64,000 bases of DNA from Candidatus Binatia bacterium (GCA_963666515.2 OY762897.2:3616001-3680000); one strand, 5' to 3'. Counted from the stretch's first letter, positions 21,287 to 30,836 are shown. A program made the numbers and translations. Notes: a model not told the origin generated them from the letters alone.

Positions 21287-21664
21287 CTAGTTCTTCACCC
21301 ACTCCAGGTCGCCCTTGCACCAGTCGTAGATGAGGCCCAGGAACACGATGATGGTGAAGACGGCGATGGCGCCGAACGCGAACAGTCCAGCGTCGTTCTG
21401 GAGCCAGTCGCGGAAGACCACGGCCACCGGGAAGATGAAGGCGATCTCCACCTCGAAGATGATGAAGATGAGGGCGATGAAGTAGAACCGGACGTTGAAG
21501 TTCATCCAGGCGCTGCCGGACGCGGGCTCGCCGCACTCGTAGGTGGAGAGCTTCCTGAGCTGGGGATTGGAAGGCCGGAGCAGGCGGCCGATCAACAGGT
21601 TCACCCAGACGAAGGCCGCACCCAACAACGTGAAAACCAGTACGCTGGCGAAGTCGAAAAGCAT
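21287..21664 (-). CDS. nuoA: NADH-quinone oxidoreductase subunit A
   Basis: KLSTYECGE and RFYFIALIFIIFEVEIAF. Confidence 0.95.
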   Translation of the reverse strand: MLFDFASVLVFTLLGAAFVWVNLLIGRLLRPSNPQLRKLSTYECGEPASGSAWMNFNVRFYFIALIFIIFEVEIAFIFPVAVVFRDWLQNDAGLFAFGAIAVFTIIVFLGLIYDWCKGDLEWVKN

Positions 21665-21712
21665 TTTTCCTCGGATAAGATAAAGAAATCAATAACCTTT
21701 TGCAGAGGGGTC

Positions 21713-21742
21713 ACTATATACACAAAAGCCTTTCCCGGTCAA
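21713..21742 (-). promoter_or_regulatory. Putative promoter of the nuo operon
   Basis: TTGACC-18 nt-TATAGT upstream of nuoA. Confidence 0.45.
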
Positions 21743-21895
21743 CAAACCGGCCCGCGCGCCCCGCGAGCCTCCTTACACTGCCTGACCATTCCTGTTACCT
21801 TGCCAGAAAGCCGAGCCTGGACGAGCGCTGGAGGGACGATGGACCGCCAGTTTCGCGCCCGCGACAACCCGACGAAACAGGAGAGATGAACCGCC

Positions 21896-22888
21896 ATGTC
21901 GAGAGTAAGCATCACCGTCGCCTGCTGGGACTATGACCGCACCCGCCCCTTGCAGGAGGGCCGCGTCCCGGTGGAAGGAGTGGACCTCACCTACCTGCCG
22001 TTCCGCGTGGAGGAGACCTTCTGGCGCATGCTGCGCTACCAGGACTTCGACGCCGCGGAGATGTCCATGGGTTCCTACATGATGTCCCGGGACAAGGGGA
22101 CGCCACGGTTCGTGGCCATCCCCGTGTTCCCCTCCCGCGCCTTCCGGCACTCCGGCATCTACATCCACACCGGCTCCGGCATCAAGGAAGCCGCGGACCT
22201 CAACGGCAAGCGGATCGGCGTCCCCGAGTACCAGATGACCGCGGCCATCTGGCAACGCGGCATCCTGCAACACGAGTACGGCGTCGATCTCGAGAAGGTG
22301 AACTGGTTCACGGGCGGCGAGGAGACCCCCGGCCGGGAGGAAAAACTCCGCCCGGACCTGCCCGAAACCCTCTCCATCACCCCCATCGGCCCCGGGCAGA
22401 CGCTCTCCTCCATGCTGGAGAACGGCGACATCGACGCCCTGATCTCGGCCCACATGCCGTCGCCGTTCGTGCGCCGCTCGCCCAAGGTGGCGCGGCTCTT
22501 CCCGGACTTCCGTTCGGTGGAGGAGGACTACTTCCGCAAGACCGGCATCTTCCCCATCATGCACACCGTGGTGTTCCGGGAGGACGTGTACGAGCGCCAC
22601 CCCTGGGTGGCCCAGAACCTCTACAAGGCCTTCTGCGAGTCCAAGCGGCTCTGCGCCGAGGCCATGTACGAATACTCCGCCCTCAAGTACATGCTGGCCT
22701 GGTCCATCGAGCAGATGGAAAAGGAGAAGGAGGTCCTGGGACCGGATGCCTGGGCCTACGGGCTGGAGCCCAACCGCCACGTCCTGGAGACCCTGGTGGG
22801 CTACGCCCACGAGCAGGGCCTCACCAAGCAGCGGCTGGATGTGGACAGCCTGTTCGCGCCCAGCACGCTCAACGAGTTCAAGGTGTAG
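21896..22888 (+). CDS. 4,5-dihydroxyphthalate decarboxylase-like / ABC-type substrate-binding-fold protein
   Basis: ACWDYDRTRPL, FDAAEMS, IPVFPSRAFRH, GVPEYQMTA and TGIFPIMH motifs. Confidence 0.85.
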   Translation: MSRVSITVACWDYDRTRPLQEGRVPVEGVDLTYLPFRVEETFWRMLRYQDFDAAEMSMGSYMMSRDKGTPRFVAIPVFPSRAFRHSGIYIHTGSGIKEAADLNGKRIGVPEYQMTAAIWQRGILQHEYGVDLEKVNWFTGGEETPGREEKLRPDLPETLSITPIGPGQTLSSMLENGDIDALISAHMPSPFVRRSPKVARLFPDFRSVEEDYFRKTGIFPIMHTVVFREDVYERHPWVAQNLYKAFCESKRLCAEAMYEYSALKYMLAWSIEQMEKEKEVLGPDAWAYGLEPNRHVLETLVGYAHEQGLTKQRLDVDSLFAPSTLNEFKV

Positions 22889-22911
22889 AGGTCACTTTCA
22901 AACCCGTCCGT
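22885..22911 (+). repeat. Degenerate GTAG-type REP
   Basis: GTAGAGGTCACTTTCAAACCCGTCCGT resembles the intact copy at 55288-55314. Confidence 0.4.
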
Positions 22912-22963
22912 CGCCGACGCCGGCTGCCACTCCGACCGGGCGGGAACCCGTAACGAGGACGCC

Positions 22964-23551
22964 ATGTCCGATCCCGAAAAGCCGGACACCGAAAATCCCG
23001 CCCTGGAGACGAAGGACCCCACCGGAGACCGCAACACCTCCGTTCAGGAGGTGAAATGGTGGATCGACACCGGCATCAAGCAACGGTCCGAGACCGGCGA
23101 GCGAGAGCCCATCGGCGTCATCGAGCGATGGGCCTTCGACCTGCTGAAGGACTACCGCCAGGAACAGGCGCTCAGGAACATCGTCGACATCAACGGCCAG
23201 GTCCTGCGCGAGTTGGGCAACAACGAAGACCGCTGGGTGTACCTCTCCCTGGGCGTCGGCGAATTCCCCCTCAAGCGCCTCAACTACATCAAGGACTCAC
23301 TCAGACTGCCGCGTTACGCCCGCGCCCTCGCCATCGACGCCGGCTACTCCATCCGCGTACTCCTGACCGGCAACCCCCCGGGCGAGAAGGTGCTGGACAT
23401 CAACTTCACAGAAGCCCCGTCGCTGGACTACTGGATCGACGGCGAGCTGATGGAGGAGCAGATGTTCCGCTCCGTCGAAGACGCCCTCAAGCGGCTGCGG
23501 AACTCGGTGCACCGGTACCTGCGGAAAAGCCCGACCGACCCGCCAGTATAG
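22964..23551 (+). CDS. Hypothetical protein (195 aa)
   Basis: GAGGA RBS, strong host-like GC3 codon bias; no recognisable motif. Confidence 0.75.
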   Translation: MSDPEKPDTENPALETKDPTGDRNTSVQEVKWWIDTGIKQRSETGEREPIGVIERWAFDLLKDYRQEQALRNIVDINGQVLRELGNNEDRWVYLSLGVGEFPLKRLNYIKDSLRLPRYARALAIDAGYSIRVLLTGNPPGEKVLDINFTEAPSLDYWIDGELMEEQMFRSVEDALKRLRNSVHRYLRKSPTDPPV

Positions 23552-23888
23552 CGACTTACCACATGGATGATGCGTCGGGTGTGAGAACAAAACGCCGCAG
23601 GGCGTCGAAGGGCCGCTTCCTCGTCCCTCAAGAGATCGGTTGATGCAAACCGTTATGACTTCGGCAGTTAGCCCGAATGGCGCTTGAGTGTCAACGTCCG
23701 TCGCGCATGTGCGGAAACACTTCCCGAACCGCTACGCGGCGTCTGGGTGTCAGTGCAGAAAGCACGAAGTAACAAATCAATGCAGGGGGGTGCATGCACC
23801 GGGGATCATTCACTCGGCCCGCACCGTCGGCGGCTGTGCGGGCGGTCCGCCGTTATCTCCGGGCAGCGGCGACTGCGGACGTGTTTTC

Positions 23889-24806
23889 TCAACGCCGAAC
23901 GAACCTGCGTTCCGGCATTTCAGCGCGCGTACCGAGGACGAGTTCCTTTTCGCGGACTTGTGCGACGAGCGAGTCCCACAGGCTGCGCAACTCACAGAGT
24001 GAGAGTGTGCCATCCTGCGTGAGCCCTTTGGGAGCCTGCCAACTGCCGGGGTTGAAGTATTCGGCCGACAGTTTGTCCGAAAGCTCGATGACTGGCCGCG
24101 CAAAGCTCGATTCACGATCAGCAGGGACAGCGGGAAAGAAGCTGAACATACCATGCACCGGATTATCGGGTGTCGCCCCCCAATAGAGCCGAAGCCGTTC
24201 GGGTGTCGGAGCGCATATCCCTGAACACGATGCCTCCCCGGCGTGATCGAACAATGGGCCGCCGGTCACCTCCAGAAACGTGTCCGGCACCCTGCCTCCC
24301 AGCGTCCCACGTGTATCTCCCGGGTCGTATAAGCAACTGTCCCTGACCACGAACACGGTATCGAGAAACCACCTCCGTTTGCCGTCGATCTTCTTGCCGC
24401 TCCCAAACGCGATCACGGAACCTGGGGCAAGGCGCCTCAGTCCAGGGTTAGCCGACTGACGGCAGTTCGAATAAAGGAAGCAATCGCCGAAGATGAACGG
24501 ATCGGTGTTGTGCAAGCCGCGGTAGTTGCGCTTCGGGACCCAATACGGTTTCCAGAGGTAGCGAGGATGGTGTAGACAGCCCTTCGGGGGATAGAGCTTG
24601 CAAATGATCTCCGATTCCGGCTCCCACTCGCCCCACGCGCGCAGGTCGCCACAATGCTGATCGCCGTCCTCGTCGGTCCATTCACCACGAAATTGCATGA
24701 ACTTCCGCTTGTGGCCGTTCTTCACCCTGTTCCAATCGCACCCGTTGGGGGGTTTTTGCTCGAATCCGGGATGCGGGAACTGAACAAAGCAACGCTTATT
24801 GCCCAT
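23889..24806 (-). CDS. Putative nucleotide-modification-associated (Nmad-like) protein, 305 aa
   Basis: ATG at 24806 (MGNKRCFVQFPHPG) overlaps the upstream gene's 3' end. Motifs WGEWEPES, HNTDPFIFGDCFLYSNCRQ, LAPGSVIAFGS and LDTVFVV loosely recall Nmad2/Nmad3 domains. CDS is likely; the family call is tentative. Confidence 0.55.
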   Translation of the reverse strand: MGNKRCFVQFPHPGFEQKPPNGCDWNRVKNGHKRKFMQFRGEWTDEDGDQHCGDLRAWGEWEPESEIICKLYPPKGCLHHPRYLWKPYWVPKRNYRGLHNTDPFIFGDCFLYSNCRQSANPGLRRLAPGSVIAFGSGKKIDGKRRWFLDTVFVVRDSCLYDPGDTRGTLGGRVPDTFLEVTGGPLFDHAGEASCSGICAPTPERLRLYWGATPDNPVHGMFSFFPAVPADRESSFARPVIELSDKLSAEYFNPGSWQAPKGLTQDGTLSLCELRSLWDSLVAQVREKELVLGTRAEMPERRFVRR

Positions 24807-25563
24807 CCTGATATGCCTCCAGCAGTAATTCGCCTGTCTCCCGCTTCTGGCTGTCCGCCAGCAGCCCGAACGGCTTTTGGGCTGCAGCACCGAATCCGAA
24901 CAGCGACCGCTCGCCACCTACATCGTACCACCGTGTGCAAATGTCGTATGGCCGGGAACGAAGGTCGCCGTCGGCTGTCCGCTTGAAAGCGTGGATTACA
25001 TGCCAAGCGGTCACCGGCGTGAACTCGATGCGGTTGAGGTGAACCTTCGCCACCGACAGCGCCACGATCTGCGGTCGCAACCCCTCCAGCAGCATGTGCC
25101 AGAGCGGGCCGCCGTCGGCCTCGAGAACCGCGCGGTCCGCCTCTTTGAGTCCGCTCCACGTCGGGTTCGTGGCGACGGGCGAGCAGATGTCCGTGTGGAG
25201 TGCCGTTGATGCGCTGCTCTCATAGTAGCTCACCCCCAGCCCGTTGAGCAGCGGCTCAAAGGCGCTGAACCAACCCCGGTACGGATCGGTCCGAAAATAG
25301 GCAGACATCGCGTCGAGGTAGCAGGATAGCTCCTGATCATGATTGCTTTCTGCCAGTGGAAAGCGCCTGAACGGCTCGCTAGCGGGAAACTCATGCAACG
25401 ACGGGTTCAGTCCGACGGTCAGCACGCGTAGCGGCGAGGCGCGGTACGCGTCGAGGTCGCCGAAGAACAGAATCGGCACGGCTGGTGTGACGCACCACGG
25501 TTGTTCGGCGGCGCGGTTGAATGCCCGCCAAGCCAGCCCCGCCGGCTTGGAGAGAAGGCGCAT
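24796..25563 (-). CDS. Uracil-DNA glycosylase superfamily-like protein, 255 aa
   Basis: PILFFGD...RVLTVGLNPS (UDG motif A-like GxNP), ALHTDI and LRPQIVAL strands; AAGGGAG RBS. Confidence 0.65.
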   Translation of the reverse strand: MRLLSKPAGLAWRAFNRAAEQPWCVTPAVPILFFGDLDAYRASPLRVLTVGLNPSLHEFPASEPFRRFPLAESNHDQELSCYLDAMSAYFRTDPYRGWFSAFEPLLNGLGVSYYESSASTALHTDICSPVATNPTWSGLKEADRAVLEADGGPLWHMLLEGLRPQIVALSVAKVHLNRIEFTPVTAWHVIHAFKRTADGDLRSRPYDICTRWYDVGGERSLFGFGAAAQKPFGLLADSQKRETGELLLEAYQDGQ

Positions 25564-25690
25564 CTCTACTCCCTTCCGTCGTTCAGAGATAGGTCTCGCT
25601 CATGAGGCCACCCCTCGACGCTTGCGAGTAGGCCTCGGCGTGGATTAAACAGGGAAGCAAGTCATCGTTACCGGACGATACAGCGAGCAG

Positions 25691-25936
25691 GTGCGGAAGG
25701 AAATGCGTAGGAGCAGACGACCGTGGGGAGAGGAATCCGACCGCGCGACGCGCGTGGCTCGCGTCATTGCGTTGGCGGAGAGAACTTTCGCAAACCGGGA
25801 AAAGGCCGAGCGTTGGCTGCACAAGGACCTCGCTTCGTTGGATCACCGTCGGCCCATCGACCTGATCCAAACGACATACGGAACACGTCTCGTCGAAGAC
25901 ATCCTGGCGAAGATTGCCTGGGGCGCGGCTGCCTGA
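25691..25936 (+). pseudogene. Xre/MbcA/ParS antitoxin C-terminal (DUF2384-type) fragment, orphan
   Basis: EESDRATRVARVIALAERTF..EKAERWL...L..RRPIDLIQT..G..LVEDIL..IAWG. The N-terminal HTH is missing and no intact RES toxin follows. Confidence 0.75.
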
Positions 25937-25953
25937 CGCGACTTTGCGCCTCG

Positions 25954-26742
25954 TCATGCCGAAACACGACTGAGAATCTTGCGCTCAAGATCGCCCGTGG
26001 ATTCGAGCGAAGAAACCATTTCCCCGCCCACGTCTGACAGCCGTGCAAGATCCAGCCGCGGAATCTCCGCCTGATCTTCAAAAACCAGTATGGACTCGAA
26101 CTGGAGATGGTGCCGATGGAAGTGTGACAGTATGATCGTGGTAAGCCGGGCCTTGTCTCGGTTCGGAATACCGTAGAGGAACAACGGCCGTTCGTACTGC
26201 CCATCTATCCTGTAGTCCACGGGGTAGGCCTCGGAATTCGGTAGCCCTTCCGGCAGATAGTCGGCTTGTATCTTGTCCTCGTCGATCACGCTCTTCAGAA
26301 AGTCGGAGAGGTCGTCGTAGAAGGTCGACTTGACACGCGATCGGGAAAGGAACGTTAAATCGTGGATTCTCGTCAATGCTTGGCCGAAGCGAAAGATAGC
26401 CTCTGGCAGATGCTCGATGGGAACATCCACATGGAATACGCCGCCGTCCTGTTTGATTCCAGTCTCGCCGACGATGCGCTCCAACAGCTCTCCCCGCGCA
26501 CCTTCAAGAAACGAGTCGATGTCGTGATCGTAGCTAAGGTGCGTGAGAGTATGGCCGCTATCCGACAGGCGTATCCCCCCCGTACCGGCTTCCGAAACAT
26601 GGATGGGGAAGCGGTCACCGTCGGGAAACTCGAAGTGCGTACGCAACATCAGCGCCCCGTCGGGCCGTTCCGTTAGCTGAACGTCCTCGCACAGCCGTTC
26701 GCACAACAACTGCTGCAGCGCACTTGCATTGACAGGCATCAC
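25954..26742 (-). CDS. DUF1828-domain protein
   Basis: THFEFPDGDRFPIHV and IRLSDSGHTL (DUF1828-like 'F..PDGD...LSDxG'); C-terminal region with YPVDY could be a PD-(D/E)xK-like fold. Confidence 0.7.
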   Translation of the reverse strand: MMPVNASALQQLLCERLCEDVQLTERPDGALMLRTHFEFPDGDRFPIHVSEAGTGGIRLSDSGHTLTHLSYDHDIDSFLEGARGELLERIVGETGIKQDGGVFHVDVPIEHLPEAIFRFGQALTRIHDLTFLSRSRVKSTFYDDLSDFLKSVIDEDKIQADYLPEGLPNSEAYPVDYRIDGQYERPLFLYGIPNRDKARLTTIILSHFHRHHLQFESILVFEDQAEIPRLDLARLSDVGGEMVSSLESTGDLERKILSRVSA

Positions 26743-27212
26743 AGTAACCTCGGCTGATCGTGGACAGCGTTAAGTCCAACGACGTTGAAATCGTCGATCA
26801 AGCAGGCTAAAGCGCCCTCCAGAGTTCTGTAGCGTTGCGTTTCTTCGGCCTCCCGTTCCGGCCTCATCCCGGCTGCTATTGCTCTTTCCGTCGCCCGGTG
26901 AACGTGGGTTCGATAGACTATGTCGCCGTGTTCGTGCGCCGGGCCGTTGTAGCGGGCCAACGTGAGCCTGGAGCCGTCCAGGGCGACGTAAACTATTCCA
27001 CAGGAGAAGTCTGAAAGATCCAACAAGCTCTCGCGTTGGTAGATCTCGAATCGAAATTCCTCACCGCCCTCGCCTACGGCCTTGAATGATCGTTGCTTGT
27101 GAACAGGCGCTACGGTCGGCTTTTCCAGCCACCGCGAGTTTGAATTGGATACCCGTTTTTGCATCGAACGAAGATGCGCCAATTCTTCGTCCGTATACAG
27201 CCGTTGAACCAC
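26739..27212 (-). CDS. DUF6978-like His-motif protein, 157 aa
   Basis: GTG start at 27212 directly after ribB; FSCGI..LTLARYNGPAHEH...THVH..TE; stop overlaps the DUF1828 start. Confidence 0.65.
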   Translation of the reverse strand: MVQRLYTDEELAHLRSMQKRVSNSNSRWLEKPTVAPVHKQRSFKAVGEGGEEFRFEIYQRESLLDLSDFSCGIVYVALDGSRLTLARYNGPAHEHGDIVYRTHVHRATERAIAAGMRPEREAEETQRYRTLEGALACLIDDFNVVGLNAVHDQPRLL

Positions 27213-27225
27213 GCCTTGAACCGCC

Positions 27226-28335
<1,110 letters not shown>

Positions 28336-28341
28336 GGGTTC

Positions 28342-29082
28342 CTAACTTAACACGGCTTCCACCATCTCGGCGACCACCGAACGTGCCGCCTCCGCCGGAT
28401 TATCCGCGCCGGTGATGGGCCTGCCCACGACGATGTAGTCGATGCCGGCGCGGACCGCGTCTCCGGGGGTCATGACGCGCTTCTGGTCGCCGGCCTGCTG
28501 GCCCGCGGGCCGGATGCCCGGTGTGACCAGCATGAAGGAATCGCCGCAGGCGCGCCGGATGTCCGTAACTTCCTGCGCGGAGCAGACCACGCCCGCCAAG
28601 CCGGCCTCCTGGGTCATCCTGGCCAACCGCACGACCTGGGCGGCCACGCCGCCTCCGATTCCCAGTGCTTCGAGGTCCGCGTCATCGAGGCTCGTAAGGA
28701 CCGTGACGCCGAGCACCGACGGCCGCCGCAGGCCCTCCTTCGCGCACACGTCCTCGACCGCGGCCGCGGTCTGCCGCATCATCTCCGGGCCGCCGGAGGC
28801 ATGCACGTTGAACAGCTTGACCCCGAGCCGCGTCGCTTCCACCGCCGCTGCGGCCACGGTGTTGGAAATGTCGTGGTACTTGAGGTCGAGGAAGACCTCG
28901 CCGCCGAGATCGTGGATGGTGCGGACGATGTCCGGCCCGGCGCTCGTGAAGAGTTGCTTGCCGACCTTGAACATGCCGACTTCCGGCGCCAGCAGGGTCG
29001 CGAGGGTCTTCGCCCTTGCCGGGTCGGCCAGATCCAGGGCCACGATCAGGCGTTGCCTGACATTGGACGCCGTGGCCGTCAT
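28342..29082 (-). CDS. pyrF: Orotidine-5'-phosphate decarboxylase
   Basis: LIVALD, KVG, FLDLKYHDISNT, TPGIR and VVGRPI. Confidence 0.97.
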   Translation of the reverse strand: MTATASNVRQRLIVALDLADPARAKTLATLLAPEVGMFKVGKQLFTSAGPDIVRTIHDLGGEVFLDLKYHDISNTVAAAAVEATRLGVKLFNVHASGGPEMMRQTAAAVEDVCAKEGLRRPSVLGVTVLTSLDDADLEALGIGGGVAAQVVRLARMTQEAGLAGVVCSAQEVTDIRRACGDSFMLVTPGIRPAGQQAGDQKRVMTPGDAVRAGIDYIVVGRPITGADNPAEAARSVVAEMVEAVLS

Positions 29083-30800
29083 GTCCGTCCATTCTCCAAT
29101 GCCGCGCCGATGCGCTCCACGGCCTCGTCAACGGGGACATCGGTGTTCTTTCCTTCCCCACGCCAGCGCAACTCCACGTTGCCCTTGGCCAGACCCTTGG
29201 CGCCGATGGTGACCCGCAACGGGACGCCCACCAGGTCGGCGTCCTTGAACTTGACGCCGGGCCGTTCGTCTCGGTCGTCCAGCAACACCTCGTGCCCGGC
29301 TTCGTTGAGCCCCTGGTAGATGCGGTCGGTGACTTCCCGGACCGCGTCTTCCTTGTCGTAGTTGAGGGGCAACAACTCCACGGAGAAAGGCGCGATGGAC
29401 ATGGGCCAGATGATGCCGTCGGAGTCGTTGTTCTGTTCGATGGCCGCGGCCATGAGCCGGGTGACGCCGATGCCGTAGCAGCCCATCTCCATGACGCGCT
29501 CGTGCCCCTCGGAGTCGAGGATGGTGGCGCCCATGGCCTCGCTGTACTTCCGCCCGAGGTAGAACACGTGGCCCACCTCGATGCCGCGGTACTCCTCGAT
29601 GACGCCCTCGTCGCAGCGGACACACGGGTCACCGGCTCTGACCAGGCGCAGATCCTCGAAGCGTGCTGGCGTGAAGTCCCTCTCCTGGTCCACGTGGATG
29701 GTATGGGCGTCGGCCTGGTTGGCGCCGGTGACGGCATCGGTCATGCCCCGGACGGCGTGGTCCGCCCACACCTCCAGCGGCAGGCTCAAGGGGCCCAGGA
29801 AGCCCGGCGGCACGCCCACCGCCTCCAGCACCTCCTCGTCGTCCGCCAGCTCCATCGCGATGGTGTCCAGCAGGTTGCCCAGCTTGGTCTCGTTGACCTC
29901 GTGGTCGCCGCGCACCAGCACCGCCAGCAGGCCCCCTGCCGGCTTGCGGTAGATCATGGTCTTGATGAACCGTTCCGGCGGCGCCTTCAGGAACTCGGAC
30001 ACCTCCGGCACCGTCCTGAGCCCGGGCGTGGGCACGGTCTCCGGCGCGGCGCCGTCCGCGCCGCCGCTCCCGGCCTCCGGCAGCCGCGACTCGGCCTTCT
30101 GCACGTTGGCGGCGTAGTCGCACGCGCTGCACGCCGCCAGCGCGTCCTCGCCCGATTCCGCCAGCACCTGGAACTCGTGCGACAGGCTGCCGCCGATGGC
30201 GCCGGAGTCGGCCTCCACCGCGCGGAACTCCAGGCCGCAGCGGGTGAAGATGCGCCGGTAGGTGTCGTACATGTTGCGGTACTCGCGCTCGGCGTCGTCG
30301 CGGTCCAGGTGAAAGCTGTAGGCGTCCTTCATGATGAACTCGCGCCCGCGCATCAGGCCGAAGCGCGGCCGAACCTCGTCACGGAACTTGGTCTGGATCT
30401 GGTAGAGGTTCATGGGCAGTTCGCGGTAGGAGCGGACGTCCCGGCGCACCAGGTCGGTGATCACCTCCTCGTGGGTGGGGGCAAGGCAGAAGTCCCGCTC
30501 GTGGCGGTCCTTGAAGCGCAGCAGCTCCTTGCCGTAGATCTCCCATCGGCCGCTGTCCCGCCACAGCTCCGCCGGCGAGGTGACCGGCATCAGCAACTCC
30601 TGGGCGCCGGCGCGGTTCATCTCCTCGCGCACGATGGCCTCGATCTTGCGGAGAGTGCGCAGCGCCAGCGGCAGGAAGTCGTACACCCCGCGGCTCACCT
30701 GCCGGATCATGCCGGCGCGGACCAGCAGCCGGTGGCTGGTCACCTCCGCGTCCGACGGCTCTTCCTTGATGGTGGGTATGAACGAGGTTCGCCAGCGCAT
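29079..30800 (-). CDS. proS: Proline--tRNA ligase (bacterial type with editing domain)
   Basis: SHRLLVRAG, LAPTHEE, KFRDEVRPRFGLMRGREFIMKDAYSF and GCYGIG; true start ATG 30800. Confidence 0.97.
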   Translation of the reverse strand: MRWRTSFIPTIKEEPSDAEVTSHRLLVRAGMIRQVSRGVYDFLPLALRTLRKIEAIVREEMNRAGAQELLMPVTSPAELWRDSGRWEIYGKELLRFKDRHERDFCLAPTHEEVITDLVRRDVRSYRELPMNLYQIQTKFRDEVRPRFGLMRGREFIMKDAYSFHLDRDDAEREYRNMYDTYRRIFTRCGLEFRAVEADSGAIGGSLSHEFQVLAESGEDALAACSACDYAANVQKAESRLPEAGSGGADGAAPETVPTPGLRTVPEVSEFLKAPPERFIKTMIYRKPAGGLLAVLVRGDHEVNETKLGNLLDTIAMELADDEEVLEAVGVPPGFLGPLSLPLEVWADHAVRGMTDAVTGANQADAHTIHVDQERDFTPARFEDLRLVRAGDPCVRCDEGVIEEYRGIEVGHVFYLGRKYSEAMGATILDSEGHERVMEMGCYGIGVTRLMAAAIEQNNDSDGIIWPMSIAPFSVELLPLNYDKEDAVREVTDRIYQGLNEAGHEVLLDDRDERPGVKFKDADLVGVPLRVTIGAKGLAKGNVELRWRGEGKNTDVPVDEAVERIGAALENGRT

Positions 30801-30807
30801 GCGATCA

Positions 30808-30836
30808 CTTATAGGAAGCGCCTCGAACCCTGTCAA
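30808..30836 (-). promoter_or_regulatory. Sigma70 promoter of proS, probably leaderless
   Basis: TTGACA-17 nt-TATAAG-7 nt-ATG; no SD sequence. Confidence 0.7.

Noticed and set aside
23560-23888. Small ORFs or structured RNA at the left edge of the islet
   Set aside because: No convincing RBS, motif or stable repeat structure; probably decayed sequence.
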